IMG/VR virus record: IMGVR_UViG_3300039180_000770
Span: 1-26,414 of that record
Strand: one strand, 5' to 3'
DNA length: 26,414 nucleotides
Source: a virus
Taxonomy: Duplodnaviria; Caudoviricetes
Of this stretch, positions 25,009 through 26,414 are shown piece after piece (the stretch's first letter is position 1; each line of letters opens with the position of its first letter). The notes beneath the pieces are model-generated. The model saw only the letters and a program-made list of their open reading frames with translations. It made no database searches and was not told where the DNA came from. Both the position numbers and the translations under genes were made by a program.

Positions 25009-25740
25009 ATGAAAAAAGTAACGGTACTTATACCAACATTTAATAGAGGTGATCTATTAGCAAAGACTATTAGAAATTGTTTTTCTCAAACATATAAGAA
25101 TTTTGATATTCTTATTTATGATGATGGCAGCACAGATAACACTACTGCTGTTATTAAACACCTACAGCAAAAATATCCTAATAGAATTAAACATATTATA
25201 GGTCAAGCTAATAATGGGATAGGTTATTCTAGGCATATGCTATTAAAGAATCTTACTACAGAATTTGGCGTTTGGCTAGATAGTGATGATTATATGAAAG
25301 TTAATCGATTAGAGAAATGTGTTGATTATTTACAGGCACACCCTAAAGTTGATATTGTATTTTCTTATCTTAAAAGATTTCATGAAGAAAATGCTGGTGT
25401 ATTTACACCTATGGGTAATGATATTACAATTGATGTTACATCATATGATAAAACTAATTATAGAAGTTTACATTCAAATACTGCATGTGCCACTGCATTT
25501 TTTAGAAAATGTGTACAAGAGCATGAAGTTGTTCCATTAAGATATGGAAGTGAAGATGTTTTATGGTTATGGAAATTATTAAATTCAAATATTAAAGTTG
25601 GACAAATATCAGAATCTTTATATTTTTATCGCTCACATAGCCAAAGATTAGGTATACAAAAAAAGAATTTAAATAAAGAAGATAAGATTCCTGAGGAATC
25701 TATAATCCACCAGAAAATAAATGAATATAGAAATGGATAA
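25009..25740 (+). CDS. Glycosyltransferase family 2
   Basis: VLIPTFNR, QTY.N.DILIYDDGSTD, WLDSDD, SED and LYFYR motifs. Confidence 0.93.
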   Translation: MKKVTVLIPTFNRGDLLAKTIRNCFSQTYKNFDILIYDDGSTDNTTAVIKHLQQKYPNRIKHIIGQANNGIGYSRHMLLKNLTTEFGVWLDSDDYMKVNRLEKCVDYLQAHPKVDIVFSYLKRFHEENAGVFTPMGNDITIDVTSYDKTNYRSLHSNTACATAFFRKCVQEHEVVPLRYGSEDVLWLWKLLNSNIKVGQISESLYFYRSHSQRLGIQKKNLNKEDKIPEESIIHQKINEYRNG

Positions 25741-26414
25741 TACAATATACGCAAGATGGTATAAACATACACCTAATTGGGGTGATGCTTTAAATAAAGT
25801 AATGATTGAAAAAATCTCAGGTAAAACCTGCCAATGGGTTAATACTAACGATGGGAATACAAAGGAGAAACATATTGTATTAGGAAGTATTTTACAGTGG
25901 GCAGATGAGCATACTATTTTATGGGGTCCTGGTTTTATAGGAGATGATCGCAGGCTATCTAAAAAACCAAAAAAGATTTGTGCCGTTCGTGGCCCTCTTA
26001 CTCGAGAAATAATTATAAATCAAGGTTACGATTGTCCTGAAGTTTATGGCGATCCTGCTTTACTTTACCCAAGACTATATAACCCAAGAGGTATTGCAAA
26101 AAAACATAAGATAGGAATTATTCCTCATTATATTGATGCAGATAACCCATGGATTAAAAGATTAAGACGGAATGGCATTAAAATAATTAATATATTAGAT
26201 CCTATTAATAAAGTTGTAGATGAAATATTAGAATGTGAAATGATAGCAGCAAGTTCACTACATGGTGTTATTGCAGCAGATGCTTATGGCGTACCATCAA
26301 CATGGATAGAATTATCTGATAAAGTAATCGGTAAAGGTTTTAAATTTAGAGATTATTTTATGTCAGTAGGTAGGAAAGATAGAGAACCTTTAATTATAAA
26401 CCCAACTACTAAAT
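25733..26414 (+). CDS. Polysaccharide pyruvyltransferase family protein (ExoV-like), 3'-truncated
   Basis: My translation from ATG 25733: NWGD, GSIL, WGPG, AVRGPLTR, GDPALL, IIPHY and SSLHGVIAADAYGVP; frame open to the window end. Not in the ORF track. Confidence 0.88.
   Translation, partial: MDNTIYARWYKHTPNWGDALNKVMIEKISGKTCQWVNTNDGNTKEKHIVLGSILQWADEHTILWGPGFIGDDRRLSKKPKKICAVRGPLTREIIINQGYDCPEVYGDPALLYPRLYNPRGIAKKHKIGIIPHYIDADNPWIKRLRRNGIKIINILDPINKVVDEILECEMIAASSLHGVIAADAYGVPSTWIELSDKVIGKGFKFRDYFMSVGRKDREPLIINPTTK

Noticed and set aside
11665-25540. Remaining track ORFs on the minus strand (11665, 15119, 16806, 21298, 22006) and nested + ORF 25319
   Set aside because: Each overlaps a motif-supported or better-placed + strand gene and has no recognisable features.
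1-26414. Stop-codon reassignment as seen in some large phages
   Set aside because: Conserved genes translate full length with the standard code and coding density is already high.

Overview
AT-rich window, with all credible genes on the + strand, from a large T4-like contractile-tailed phage. The host is probably Bacteroidota (inference from tmRNA style and SD-less, A-rich leaders). Gene order: tail sheath (3' end), tail tube, GIY-YIG/RHH-like protein, gp26-like and gp51-like hub/chaperone pair, tape measure, DEDDh exonuclease, a complete tmRNA, two-subunit type II topoisomerase, KTSC, guanylate kinase, dNMP kinase, dCMP-hydroxymethylase-like thymidylate synthase homolog, ATP-grasp protein, degenerate metallophosphoesterase, ECF-like sigma factor, PD-(D/E)XK exonuclease, membrane proteins, PhoH, thioredoxin, amidase, Hsp20 and a four-gene glycosylation cluster running off the end. 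Most notable: (1) a six-copy bipartite promoter TAAAC-N16/17-ATATAA in front of mostly replication genes, with a phage sigma factor as candidate reader; (2) T4-type capsid-targeting leaders on an ATP-grasp ligase and a small Cys-containing protein; (3) a candidate +1 programmed frameshift upstream of the tape measure gene; (4) a cytosine-modification module; (5) a phage tmRNA with tag ADNAEYAMAA; (6) a three-hairpin element and an operator plus sigma54-like promoter upstream of hsp20. All calls come from manual motif reading; no searches were run.
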